A DNA stretch of 32,000 bases from positions 1 to 32,000 of the forward strand of contig JAQVTI010000008.1 of the NCBI GenBank assembly GCA_028700115.1, read 5' to 3'. The translations under genes were made by a program, and so were the position numbers. The DNA comes from Candidatus Iainarchaeum sp. (GTDB taxonomy: Archaea > Iainarchaeota > Iainarchaeia > Iainarchaeales > CSSED10-239). Positions 18,315-27,374 of the stretch are shown here, one piece after another. Each line of letters starts with the position of its first letter. Positions within the stretch are counted from its first letter, which is position 1. The notes under the pieces were generated by a model. That model was not told the DNA's origin and did not search any database. It saw only the letters and a program-made list of their open reading frames with translations.

Positions 18315-20744
18315 TTATTTATTTTTAGAAACTTCTTTTTCTTTTTTAGAAACTAAAATCTTAGTTTTTATAATTGAATCAGGATTTAAACTCATAGATC
18401 CAATTTTTTCAGAAACTAAAAACTCAGCAAACTCTGGATAATCAGAAGGGGCTTGCCCACATATTCCAATATATTTACCCTTAGCTCTTGCAACTTCTAT
18501 AACATAAGAAATTAATTCTTTTACAGCTTTATTTCTTTCATCATAAATACTTGTTAAAAGTTCTGAATTTCTATCAAGTCCTAAAGTTAATTGTGTAAGA
18601 TCATTAGAACCTATACTAAATCCATCAAAAATGTCCAAGAAGTCATGTGCTAAAATCACATTTGAAGGAACTTCACACATCCCTATAACTTTAAGACCTA
18701 GTTTTCCTTTCTCAAGTCCATTCTTTTTCATTTCTTCTAAAACTTTTTTAGCTTCAGTTGTAGTTCTACAAAAAGGAACCATAACTTCTAAGTTAATAAG
18801 ACCCATTTGTTCTCTAACTCTTTTAATTGCTTCACATTCAAGTTTAAAACCTTCTTTATAGTTACCCATATAATATCTAGAAGATCCTCTCCAACCAATC
18901 ATAGGATTTGCTTCAATAGGCTCATATTCTCTTCCACCAATTAAATTCGCATATTCATCTGATTTAAAATCAGAAAGTCTTAAAATAACAGGTTTAGGAT
19001 AGAATGCAGATGCAATTCTTGCAATTCCTTGTGAAAGCTTATCAACAAAATATTCTTGTTTATCTTTATATCCAACAGTTAATTGATCTATTTCTTTTTT
19101 AATAGACTTATCTTTAATTTTTGAATAATTTATTAAAGCTAAAGGATGTATTTTAATCCATGAATTTATAATAAACTCTTCTCTTGCAAGACCAACTCCA
19201 TCATTTGGTAAAAAAGAATATTCAAATGCTTTTTCTGGATTTCCTATATTTAACATAATATGTGTTTTTGTTTCTGGAAGTTTAGAAATATTTGTTATAT
19301 CTATTTTATATTTTAATTTCCCAGAATAAATATATCCAAAATCTCCAGAAGAACAATCCATTGTAATTTGAGAATTATGTTTTAAGTCTTTAGTTGCAGT
19401 CTTTGTTCCAACTATACAAGGTATACCTAATTCTCTTGCAATTATTGCAGCATGACAGGTCCTTCCACCTTTATTTGTAATAATTCCAGAAGCAATTTTC
19501 ATAATAGGTTCCCAATCAGGATCAGTCATTTCAGTAACTAAAATATTTCCTTTTTTAAAAGATTCAATTTCATTTGCATCTTTTATAACATCTGCTTTTG
19601 CAGAAGCTATCTTTTGACCTACACTAATTCCTTCTAAAATAGGTTTTTTATTTTTCTCTAATAAAACATAATTTTCTAAAATAGATTTGTTCTTTTGAGA
19701 TTGAACAGTTTCTGGTCTTGCTTGAACAATATATAATTTATTTGTTTTTCCATCTAAAGCCCATTCCATATCCATTGGTTTATGATAACCTGCTTTTAAA
19801 GAATAATGCTTTTCAATAATACAAGCCCATTTTGCAAGTTGTAAAATTTGTTCTTCTGTAATACAATACATATTTCTATGATTTAAATCAACTGAAATAT
19901 TTTTAACAGGAGATTTAGACCCTTCTTTATTATATATCATCTTTATTGATTTTTGCCCAAGTTTCTTTGAAATAATAGGTTTACATCCTTTTTTATCTAA
20001 TGTCTTTTTAAAAACTAAAAATTCATCTGGATTAACTGCTCCTTGAACAACATTTTCTCCAAGTCCATATGCAGCATTAATTAAAACAACATCTTTAAAT
20101 CCAGTTTCAGTGTCTAAAGAAAACATTACCCCTGATGCACCTAAATCACTTCTAACCATTTTTTGAACAGTAATTGATAAAGCTATTTTAAAATGATCAA
20201 AATGTTTATCTTCTCTATAAGAAATTGCTCTATTTGTAAATAAAGATGCAAAACATTTCTTACAAGCATCAATTAATTCTTCTGGACCTTTTATATTCAA
20301 ATAAGTTTCCTGTTGTCCAGCAAAAGACGCATCAGGTAAATCCTCAGCAGTAGCTGATGATCTTACAGCAACATCTAATTCTTTTACTTTTTCTTTTTTT
20401 GAAAGTTTATAATATGCTTCAATTATCTCTTTTTTTAAATCTTCAGGAAATTCTAAATATCTAATTAATTTTCTTACAGCTTCTCCTTTTTTTGCAAGAT
20501 CAGACAAATTATGAGTATTTAGTCCTTTTAATATTTTTTTAATTTCTTTATGTGCCCCAGATTGCTCTAATAAATATCTATAAGCATAAGCTGTAACTGA
20601 AAAACCATTTGGAACATTTACATTTTTTTGTGTAAGATTTTTATACATCTCACCTAAAGAAGCATTTTTTCCTCCAACTAAAGGTACATCTTCAATTCCT
20701 GTTTCTTCAAACCATAAAATTAATTTTTCTTCTCTTTTAACCAT
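18315..20744 (-). CDS. ppsA: Phosphoenolpyruvate synthase
   Basis: VPLVGGKNASLGEM, RSSATAEDLPDASFAGQQETYLN, TNKGGRTCHAAIIARELGIPCIVGT, GFSIGSNDLTQLTLGLDR and GICGQAPSDYPE. Confidence 0.96.
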   Translation of the reverse strand: MVKREEKLILWFEETGIEDVPLVGGKNASLGEMYKNLTQKNVNVPNGFSVTAYAYRYLLEQSGAHKEIKKILKGLNTHNLSDLAKKGEAVRKLIRYLEFPEDLKKEIIEAYYKLSKKEKVKELDVAVRSSATAEDLPDASFAGQQETYLNIKGPEELIDACKKCFASLFTNRAISYREDKHFDHFKIALSITVQKMVRSDLGASGVMFSLDTETGFKDVVLINAAYGLGENVVQGAVNPDEFLVFKKTLDKKGCKPIISKKLGQKSIKMIYNKEGSKSPVKNISVDLNHRNMYCITEEQILQLAKWACIIEKHYSLKAGYHKPMDMEWALDGKTNKLYIVQARPETVQSQKNKSILENYVLLEKNKKPILEGISVGQKIASAKADVIKDANEIESFKKGNILVTEMTDPDWEPIMKIASGIITNKGGRTCHAAIIARELGIPCIVGTKTATKDLKHNSQITMDCSSGDFGYIYSGKLKYKIDITNISKLPETKTHIMLNIGNPEKAFEYSFLPNDGVGLAREEFIINSWIKIHPLALINYSKIKDKSIKKEIDQLTVGYKDKQEYFVDKLSQGIARIASAFYPKPVILRLSDFKSDEYANLIGGREYEPIEANPMIGWRGSSRYYMGNYKEGFKLECEAIKRVREQMGLINLEVMVPFCRTTTEAKKVLEEMKKNGLEKGKLGLKVIGMCEVPSNVILAHDFLDIFDGFSIGSNDLTQLTLGLDRNSELLTSIYDERNKAVKELISYVIEVARAKGKYIGICGQAPSDYPEFAEFLVSEKIGSMSLNPDSIIKTKILVSKKEKEVSKNK

Positions 20745-20772
20745 AATTTCATCTCCATTTTAAATATAAAAA

Positions 20773-21576
20773 TCATTCAAAATATTTTTTAAAATAATTA
20801 TATCTCTTAATATCTTTATTTTTTTTATAATAAATTGCACCAGTTGGACAAAAGTTATAACACCTAGTACACATTACACATTTATTTGAAAATCTTAATT
20901 CTTTTTTTTGTTTTTTAAGTACAATATTTTTAGTAGGACAAACTTTTTCACAAAGCCCACATTGTATGCATTTTATATTATCATATGACCATTTAAATTT
21001 TTTTAAGAAAAAATTTGTAAAAAAATAATTTATTAAAGAAAACACATTTCTTTTTAAAAAAACAGTTTTTGGATAAACTAAATTATTTTCAAAAATTGAA
21101 TTAAAATCTTTTAAAACATTTTCTTTATTTTTATCTAAAACTTCATTTATATTAGTAACACTTTTTATATTATCACTAAAAATCGCATCAGAATTTGAAG
21201 GCATCTTATAATCAAAACCACAAACTAAATCAAAATTTTTATTTCCTAAAATATTTTTAAAAGTTTGAAAAGATCTACCAAAATTACCTGCATGTGTTAA
21301 AACAATAAAGCATTTTTTCTTATCAACAACAGCTAATTTTTTTATAAAATCTATAACATAAAAAGGAATATCAAAAGCATAAACTGGAGTTGCAAAAACT
21401 ACAAAATCATATTTTGATAAAGATGGAACAGTTTTCATTTCTTCAATTCTTTTTAAATCTAGATTAATTTCTTTTTTCTTAAATAAATTACAATACTCTA
21501 TAGAAATAAACTCTGTATTTCCAGTTCCAGAAAAAGAAAATAAAATTCCTTTTTTTAAATCTTTTAAATCTACCAT
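20773..21576 (-). CDS. Flavodoxin-like/2x[4Fe-4S] ferredoxin fusion (EFR1-type)
   Basis: FSGTGNT flavodoxin loop, FVVFATPVYAFDIP, then CIQCGLCEKVCP and CVMCTRCYNFCPTGAI. GTGAT-TTTA-ATG precedes ATG 21576. Confidence 0.85.
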   Translation of the reverse strand: MVDLKDLKKGILFSFSGTGNTEFISIEYCNLFKKKEINLDLKRIEEMKTVPSLSKYDFVVFATPVYAFDIPFYVIDFIKKLAVVDKKKCFIVLTHAGNFGRSFQTFKNILGNKNFDLVCGFDYKMPSNSDAIFSDNIKSVTNINEVLDKNKENVLKDFNSIFENNLVYPKTVFLKRNVFSLINYFFTNFFLKKFKWSYDNIKCIQCGLCEKVCPTKNIVLKKQKKELRFSNKCVMCTRCYNFCPTGAIYYKKNKDIKRYNYFKKYFE

Positions 21577-21784
21577 TAAAATCACATAAAATCAAAGATT
21601 TTTTAAAATATATTTATATATATTACAATATACTATTTAAAGATTTCTAATTTAGAAAATAAAACATAACTTTTATGGTCAAAAGCCCTGTTTATAAAAA
21701 TATAAAAATAAAAAACACTTTATTTATATAAAAATAGGTCTATTATTATATAAATAAAAATAATTATTTTAAAAAAGATAACAA

Positions 21785-23689
21785 ATGAACTCTAGAAAAA
21801 TATACTTTAGACATTCTGATTTTAGAAAGGAACAAAAAGAAATTATTATAGATATTTTAGAAAGTTTAGATAATTCCCAAAATATAATCTTTCATGCTCC
21901 AACAGGAACTGGAAAAACAGATGCATCTTTAGCTGCTGCAATAACATATGCAGTTGAAAATAATAAAAAAATACTTTTTCTAACTCCTAAAATTTCACAA
22001 CACAAACTAGCTTTAGAAGTAATTAAAGATTTAAATGAAAAATATCCAGATTTAAATTTAAAAGCAATAGATTTTGTAGGAAAAAGAAATCTATGTATTG
22101 ATCCAGGAATAAGTGAAGTTACATCTGGATTTTATGAAGTTTGTAAAAATGCAACTGAAAAAAGACAATGCCCATTCTATGAAAACATAAAACCTAAAAA
22201 AAAGCATGAAAAAGAAATAATGGAGCATCTTCTAATTAAAAAATTAAGAGATATAGATGTAATTGATAATAAAGAAATTAAAAAAATTGCACAAGAATTC
22301 AAAGATCTATCAAGAAAACCAAAACCAGTTTGTGCATATGAACTTGCAAAAATTTTTGCAAAATATGCAAACATAATAATTGCAGATTATTACCATGTTT
22401 TTTCTAAAAAAATTGCAAACAATTTACTTCCAGAAATAGGAATTGATCTAAAAGAAACAATTCTAATTATAGATGAAGCTCATAATCTAGAAGATAGAGT
22501 TTTAAACTTACTTTCAAGATCTCTTAATTTTAATATGATATCAAGAGCTATAAAAGAAGCAAATGACATAAAGGCTTATGGTATTAAAAAGTTTTGTGAA
22601 GATTTACTTTATAATTTTGAAAAACTTTCTGAAACTAAACTTAAAAAAGATAAATTTACAACAATTTATGAAGAATTTATCTTAAAAGAAGATTTAATCT
22701 CAAAAGGTTATATTGATAATATTACTGAAATTATTGCTGAAATGCAAGAAAAAGGAATAGAATATTTAGAGAAAAAAAATGAATCTAAATCTTCTCTTAT
22801 AACTGTTTCTTTATTTTTAGAAGACTGGATAATAAATATGGAAAGCCATATTAGATTTATAAAAAAAGATAATGAAAATATAAATATAAAATATAATGCA
22901 TTAGATGCATCTTTAATAACAAAAGATATATTTAATCAAACTTTTTCATCTATTATAATGTCTGCTACTTTAAAACCATTAGAAATGTATAGAGATATTT
23001 TTGGATTAGATTTTACAACAAATATAAAAGAATATAATTCTCCATTTTCTAAAGAAAATAAATTAGATTTAGTTGTTAATGATGTTACAACAAAATTTAC
23101 TCAAAGAACAGGAGACGAATATAAAAAAATTGCAGATTATATAACAAAAATAAATTCAAAAACTCCAGGAAATTCAATTATTTTTTTCCCAAGTTTTGAA
23201 ATGCTAAAAGATATAAAAAAACTTATAAAAATAAATAAACCAAGCTTTATACAAGAAGAAAATATGACTCAAGAAGATTTTGATTTAATGATAGAAGATT
23301 TTAAAAAAGAAGCAAGAAAGTTTGGATCAGTTTTATATGCTGTTATGGGTGGAAAAGCTTCTGAAGGAATTCATCTTCCTGGAAATTTGTTAATTTCTGC
23401 AATTATTGTTGGGATACCTTTATCTAAAATGGAACTATATACTAAAGCAAAAATTGATTATTATGAAAAAAAATTTAAAAAAGGATGGCAATATGCATAT
23501 ATACAACCAGCTATTCAAAAAGCAATACAAAGTGCTGGAAGAGTAATAAGAAGTGAAAATGATAAAGGGGTTATTATATATTTAGATAATAGATATACAT
23601 GGCCAAATTATAAAAAAAATATGCCTAAAGAAATAAATCTTAAAATATCTAAAAATCCAGAAAAAGATATAGAATATTTCTTTAGATAA
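21785..23689 (+). CDS. XPD/Rad3 (DinG-like) superfamily 2 helicase with probable Fe-S cluster
   Basis: HAPTGTGKTDASLAA Walker A, IIDEAHNLEDR, four spaced cysteines (LCIDPG, EVCKNA, QCPFYE, VCAYE) and QSAGRVIRSENDKG motif VI. Confidence 0.88.
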   Translation: MNSRKIYFRHSDFRKEQKEIIIDILESLDNSQNIIFHAPTGTGKTDASLAAAITYAVENNKKILFLTPKISQHKLALEVIKDLNEKYPDLNLKAIDFVGKRNLCIDPGISEVTSGFYEVCKNATEKRQCPFYENIKPKKKHEKEIMEHLLIKKLRDIDVIDNKEIKKIAQEFKDLSRKPKPVCAYELAKIFAKYANIIIADYYHVFSKKIANNLLPEIGIDLKETILIIDEAHNLEDRVLNLLSRSLNFNMISRAIKEANDIKAYGIKKFCEDLLYNFEKLSETKLKKDKFTTIYEEFILKEDLISKGYIDNITEIIAEMQEKGIEYLEKKNESKSSLITVSLFLEDWIINMESHIRFIKKDNENINIKYNALDASLITKDIFNQTFSSIIMSATLKPLEMYRDIFGLDFTTNIKEYNSPFSKENKLDLVVNDVTTKFTQRTGDEYKKIADYITKINSKTPGNSIIFFPSFEMLKDIKKLIKINKPSFIQEENMTQEDFDLMIEDFKKEARKFGSVLYAVMGGKASEGIHLPGNLLISAIIVGIPLSKMELYTKAKIDYYEKKFKKGWQYAYIQPAIQKAIQSAGRVIRSENDKGVIIYLDNRYTWPNYKKNMPKEINLKISKNPEKDIEYFFR

Positions 23690-23822
23690 TTATTTTATTA
23701 TAAAACACATTCTTTTTAAACCTTTATTGTTATATAATATATTAGTGGACACTAATTTTTAATATTTAATAAAAATTAATAATTTATAAATAATAAAATT
23801 AAATTTAGAGAAGTGATTAAAA

Positions 23823-24110
23823 ATGGAAATACCAAAAGAAATTAAAGGATATTGTAAAAAATGTAAAAAACATACATTATTAAAATTAAAAGCATATAAA
23901 CCTAGAAAAGCAAGAGCAAATTCAAAAGGAACCAGAAAAAATATTGAAAAGCATAAATCTGGTTATGGTGGAAAAGCAAAATTAATTGCAACTGTTAAAA
24001 AACAAAATAAAAAACCAGTTTTTATGGCAGAATGTAGTGAATGTAAAGGAAAACAATATTTTGTAATCCCTAAAAAAATGAAAAAAGTTGAATTTAAAGG
24101 ACAACATTAA
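23823..24110 (+). CDS. rpl44e: Ribosomal protein eL42 (L44e)
   Basis: Zn-ribbon CKKCKKHT...CSECKGKQYFVIPKKMKKVEF, basic, 95 aa. Confidence 0.93.
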   Translation: MEIPKEIKGYCKKCKKHTLLKLKAYKPRKARANSKGTRKNIEKHKSGYGGKAKLIATVKKQNKKPVFMAECSECKGKQYFVIPKKMKKVEFKGQH

Positions 24111-24191
24111 TTTCCTTTATTTTTTTATTTATAAATTCTAATTTTTAAAAAAGAAAAACCTTTATAAACTAATTTTATAAATATATTTATT

Positions 24192-24848
24192 ATGATAAAA
24201 ATAGATAAATATTATAAATTTATAGGAGCTACTTTTGGAATTGCATATTTTATAGGAATGATATTTGCTTTATTTTATATTTATAAAGGAATAGAAATTA
24301 CAAATACAATTAATTTCATAAATAATTTGGCTTTAAGTGGAAAAACATATTTTAGTAATATTTTCAAAACACAAATAAATAATACAATACAATTAATGAT
24401 TATACCTTTTAGTTATTTAATATATTCTGTAAAAATTGGATTTTCACATATATCTTTATTAACATCTTCTTTTTTAGGACAAATTAAATTATTAGTAGAA
24501 TTAATCCCACAAATTTTTTATTTTATAGCATATATTATATATTCAACAATTGGACTTAAAATAATTTTATTTATTATAAAAATAATTACAAATAAATTTT
24601 TAAAAAATAAAAAAATAAAATATATTTATTTATACAAAACAGATATAAAAATAGCATATATTGGTTTTATTGCAATAATAATAGGTACAATAATTCAAAC
24701 ACACCTATCTAAAATTTTATTTATATTTTTAATTAATTTAAAATCTATGGTTTATATATTTATAATAATAGTATATATATTTTTAATATTTATATGCTTA
24801 TTTACAATTTATAAAATAATTAAAAATATTTTAGAAAATAATATTTAA
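24192..24848 (+). CDS. Multi-pass membrane protein, possibly SpoIIM-like (DUF95)
   Basis: Hydrophobic helices with a conserved-looking LVELIPQIFYFIAYIIYSTIGLKI segment. Abuts the HerA gene. Confidence 0.45.
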   Translation: MIKIDKYYKFIGATFGIAYFIGMIFALFYIYKGIEITNTINFINNLALSGKTYFSNIFKTQINNTIQLMIIPFSYLIYSVKIGFSHISLLTSSFLGQIKLLVELIPQIFYFIAYIIYSTIGLKIILFIIKIITNKFLKNKKIKYIYLYKTDIKIAYIGFIAIIIGTIIQTHLSKILFIFLINLKSMVYIFIIIVYIFLIFICLFTIYKIIKNILENNI

Positions 24849-24857
24849 GTGATAAAA

Positions 24858-27374
24858 ATGAGTTTAGATTTTTCAAAAAATATAATTGTTGGAAGAAAAG
24901 AAAGTCATATTGAAAAATATGGAGAAAAAGCAACAGGGTATATTGGAAAAGTTGTAGTTTCTGGGGGAGAAGATCCTGTTTTAGGAAAAAAAATATTAAT
25001 GGATTTATCTAGATCACACGTAGCAATTATATGTGGAAAACGTGGTGGAGGGAAATGCCTTCATGAAGATACATTAATAACTTTAGATGATGGAAGAGAA
25101 ATAAAAATTAAAGAATTAGAAAAAAATAAAAATAAAGTTCTTTCAATAAATAAAAATTTAAATATAATTTCTAATAAAAAAGATGAATTTTTTAAAAGAA
25201 ATGTAAAAAGTATGCTTAATGTAAAATTAAGAAGTGGAAAAGAACTAAAATTAACAAAAGAACATCCTTTATTTACAATTAATGGATGGGAACCTATTAA
25301 TAAATTAAAGAAAGGATCTAGAATAGCAACACCTAGAATAATTAATAATTTTGGAAATAAAAAAATTACTTTAGAAGAAATAAAACTAATTGCATATTTA
25401 TTATCAGAAGGTAATTTATCTAATAATTTAGTATTATTTAATAATACTGATAAAAAAATAATAGATGATTTTAAAAAAAGTATAAAAAAATTTGATAAAA
25501 ATTTACTTATAAAAAAACATAGTGACTTTGATTTCAGAGTAATTAAATCAAAAAAAAGTAAAGAAAAAAGTAGTATTAGAAAATATTTAGATAAAATTAA
25601 AATTTACGGAAAATTAGCTCATGAAAAAGAAATTCCTTCACAAATATTTCAATTATCTAAAAAAGATTTAAGCTTATTTCTAAATAGAATGTTTAGTTGT
25701 AATGGATGCATATGCTATGATATAAATAAGAAAGCATGGAGTATAAATTATTCTACATCATCTAAAAAAATGTCATTTCAAATACAAAGTTTACTTTTAA
25801 AATTTGGAATATTATCAAAAATTAGAACTAAAAAAATAAAAAAAAGACTTAATTATGAAATAGTCATATTAAAACAAGATAATTATAAATATATTAAAGA
25901 AATTAATTTTTTTGGAAATAAAAAAGAAAAATCAAAAAATATAAAAATTAAAAAAAATAATAACCTAAATATAGATACAATTCCTAAAGAATTATGGAAT
26001 ACATATAAGATTAAAAACTTTACAAAAATAGGAAAACAATTTGGATATAAAGTACCTAAATCTTTTAGAACTTGTGTAAATTATTCTCCTTCAAGACAAG
26101 AACTTAACAAAATTGCAGATATTGAAAAAAATAAAAATTTAAAAAATTTAGCAAATTCAGATATATTCTGGGATGAAATAATAAATATTAAAGAAATTAA
26201 AGGAAATTTTACTGTTTATGATATAACTGTTCCAGAAACACATAATTTTATTGCAAATAATATTATAGTACACAATAGCTACACTATGTCTGTAATTATG
26301 GAAGAATTTGCAAAACAACCATTTGAAATAAAAGAAAGACTTTCTGCAATTATAATAGATACTGTTGGAATTTTTTGGACTATGAAATATGAAAATAAAG
26401 AACTCCCACAAGACTTATTAGATAAATGGGATTTAAAAGCAAAAGGAATTGAAATTAGAAATATGATTCCTTTTGGGAAAAAAAATTTTTATGAAAAAAA
26501 AGAAATACCTTTTGACCAACCTTTTTCAATTAAGACATCTCAAGTAGACTTAGAAGATTGGCTTGCTTTATTTAGGCTTACTTGGAAAGACCAAGAAAGT
26601 TCTCTTCTATCAAGATCAATTGAAGAGATTAGAAAAAAAGTAGGAAACTTATATGATATTGATGACATTATAACAATTTCTCAGAAAGATACAGAAACTA
26701 CAAAAGAAACAAAAGATTCTTTAATTGGTAGATTAAAAGTTGCAAAATCATGGGGGCTATTCTCAAAACAAGGAACAAGTATGAAAGATTTTGCAAGAGC
26801 AGGAACAATTACAACAATTGATGTTTCTACCTATAAACAAGCAATTGGAATGGAATCAATCCAAGAATTAATAGTTGGTCTTTTAGGAAAAAGATTATAT
26901 GAAGAAAGAATGCTTTATAGAAAAGAAGAAGAAAAAAATTTACTAATAGGTAAAAAAAAAGAAAGTGAAATGCCAATTGTTTGGATGATGATTGATGAAG
27001 CACATATGTTTATGCCTCAAGACAGACCAAGTATGGCACTAGATGTATTATTACAATGGATTAGAGTTGGAAGACAACCTGGACTTTCTTTACTTCTTGC
27101 AACCCAAAGACCAAACAAATTACACTCTGAAGCAATATCTCAATGTGATTTCTTTTTAAGTATGAGAATGACTGCTCAAGAAGATATACAAGCAGTTTCT
27201 GCAATTAGACCAAGTTATTTAAAAATTCCAATGGATAAATATTACGCACAAATGCCAAAAACACAAGGTTTTGCAATCTTAGTAGATGATAATTCTGAAA
27301 AAGTTATGATGCTTAAAATAAGACCTAGAATAACATGGGATGGAGGAAAAACTGCTAATGTTTTTTCTGATTAG
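24858..27374 (+). CDS. herA: HerA helicase (bipolar DNA translocase) precursor containing an intein
   Basis: VAIICGKRGGGK + intein + SYTMSVIMEEF; VWMMIDEAHMFMP; IRVGRQPGLSLLLATQRPNKLHSEAISQCDFFLSMRMT. GTGAT-AAAA-ATG precedes ATG 24858; the track start at 24849 is the GTG. Confidence 0.93.
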   Translation: MSLDFSKNIIVGRKESHIEKYGEKATGYIGKVVVSGGEDPVLGKKILMDLSRSHVAIICGKRGGGKCLHEDTLITLDDGREIKIKELEKNKNKVLSINKNLNIISNKKDEFFKRNVKSMLNVKLRSGKELKLTKEHPLFTINGWEPINKLKKGSRIATPRIINNFGNKKITLEEIKLIAYLLSEGNLSNNLVLFNNTDKKIIDDFKKSIKKFDKNLLIKKHSDFDFRVIKSKKSKEKSSIRKYLDKIKIYGKLAHEKEIPSQIFQLSKKDLSLFLNRMFSCNGCICYDINKKAWSINYSTSSKKMSFQIQSLLLKFGILSKIRTKKIKKRLNYEIVILKQDNYKYIKEINFFGNKKEKSKNIKIKKNNNLNIDTIPKELWNTYKIKNFTKIGKQFGYKVPKSFRTCVNYSPSRQELNKIADIEKNKNLKNLANSDIFWDEIINIKEIKGNFTVYDITVPETHNFIANNIIVHNSYTMSVIMEEFAKQPFEIKERLSAIIIDTVGIFWTMKYENKELPQDLLDKWDLKAKGIEIRNMIPFGKKNFYEKKEIPFDQPFSIKTSQVDLEDWLALFRLTWKDQESSLLSRSIEEIRKKVGNLYDIDDIITISQKDTETTKETKDSLIGRLKVAKSWGLFSKQGTSMKDFARAGTITTIDVSTYKQAIGMESIQELIVGLLGKRLYEERMLYRKEEEKNLLIGKKKESEMPIVWMMIDEAHMFMPQDRPSMALDVLLQWIRVGRQPGLSLLLATQRPNKLHSEAISQCDFFLSMRMTAQEDIQAVSAIRPSYLKIPMDKYYAQMPKTQGFAILVDDNSEKVMMLKIRPRITWDGGKTANVFSD
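25056..26276 (+). mobile_element. Intein (407 aa) with LAGLIDADG endonuclease domain, in the HerA P-loop
   Basis: N-terminal CLHEDTLITLDDG, block B LTKEHPLFT, LAGLIDADG-like IAYLLSEGN and FLNRMFSCNG, block F FTVYDITVPETHNFIA, C-terminal NNIIVHN|S. Confidence 0.95.

Noticed and set aside
18631-18861. 76-aa plus-strand ORF
   Set aside because: Antisense to ppsA.
22177-22374. 65-aa minus-strand ORF
   Set aside because: Antisense to the XPD-like helicase.
26157-26411. 84-aa minus-strand ORF
   Set aside because: Antisense across the intein/extein junction; no support.
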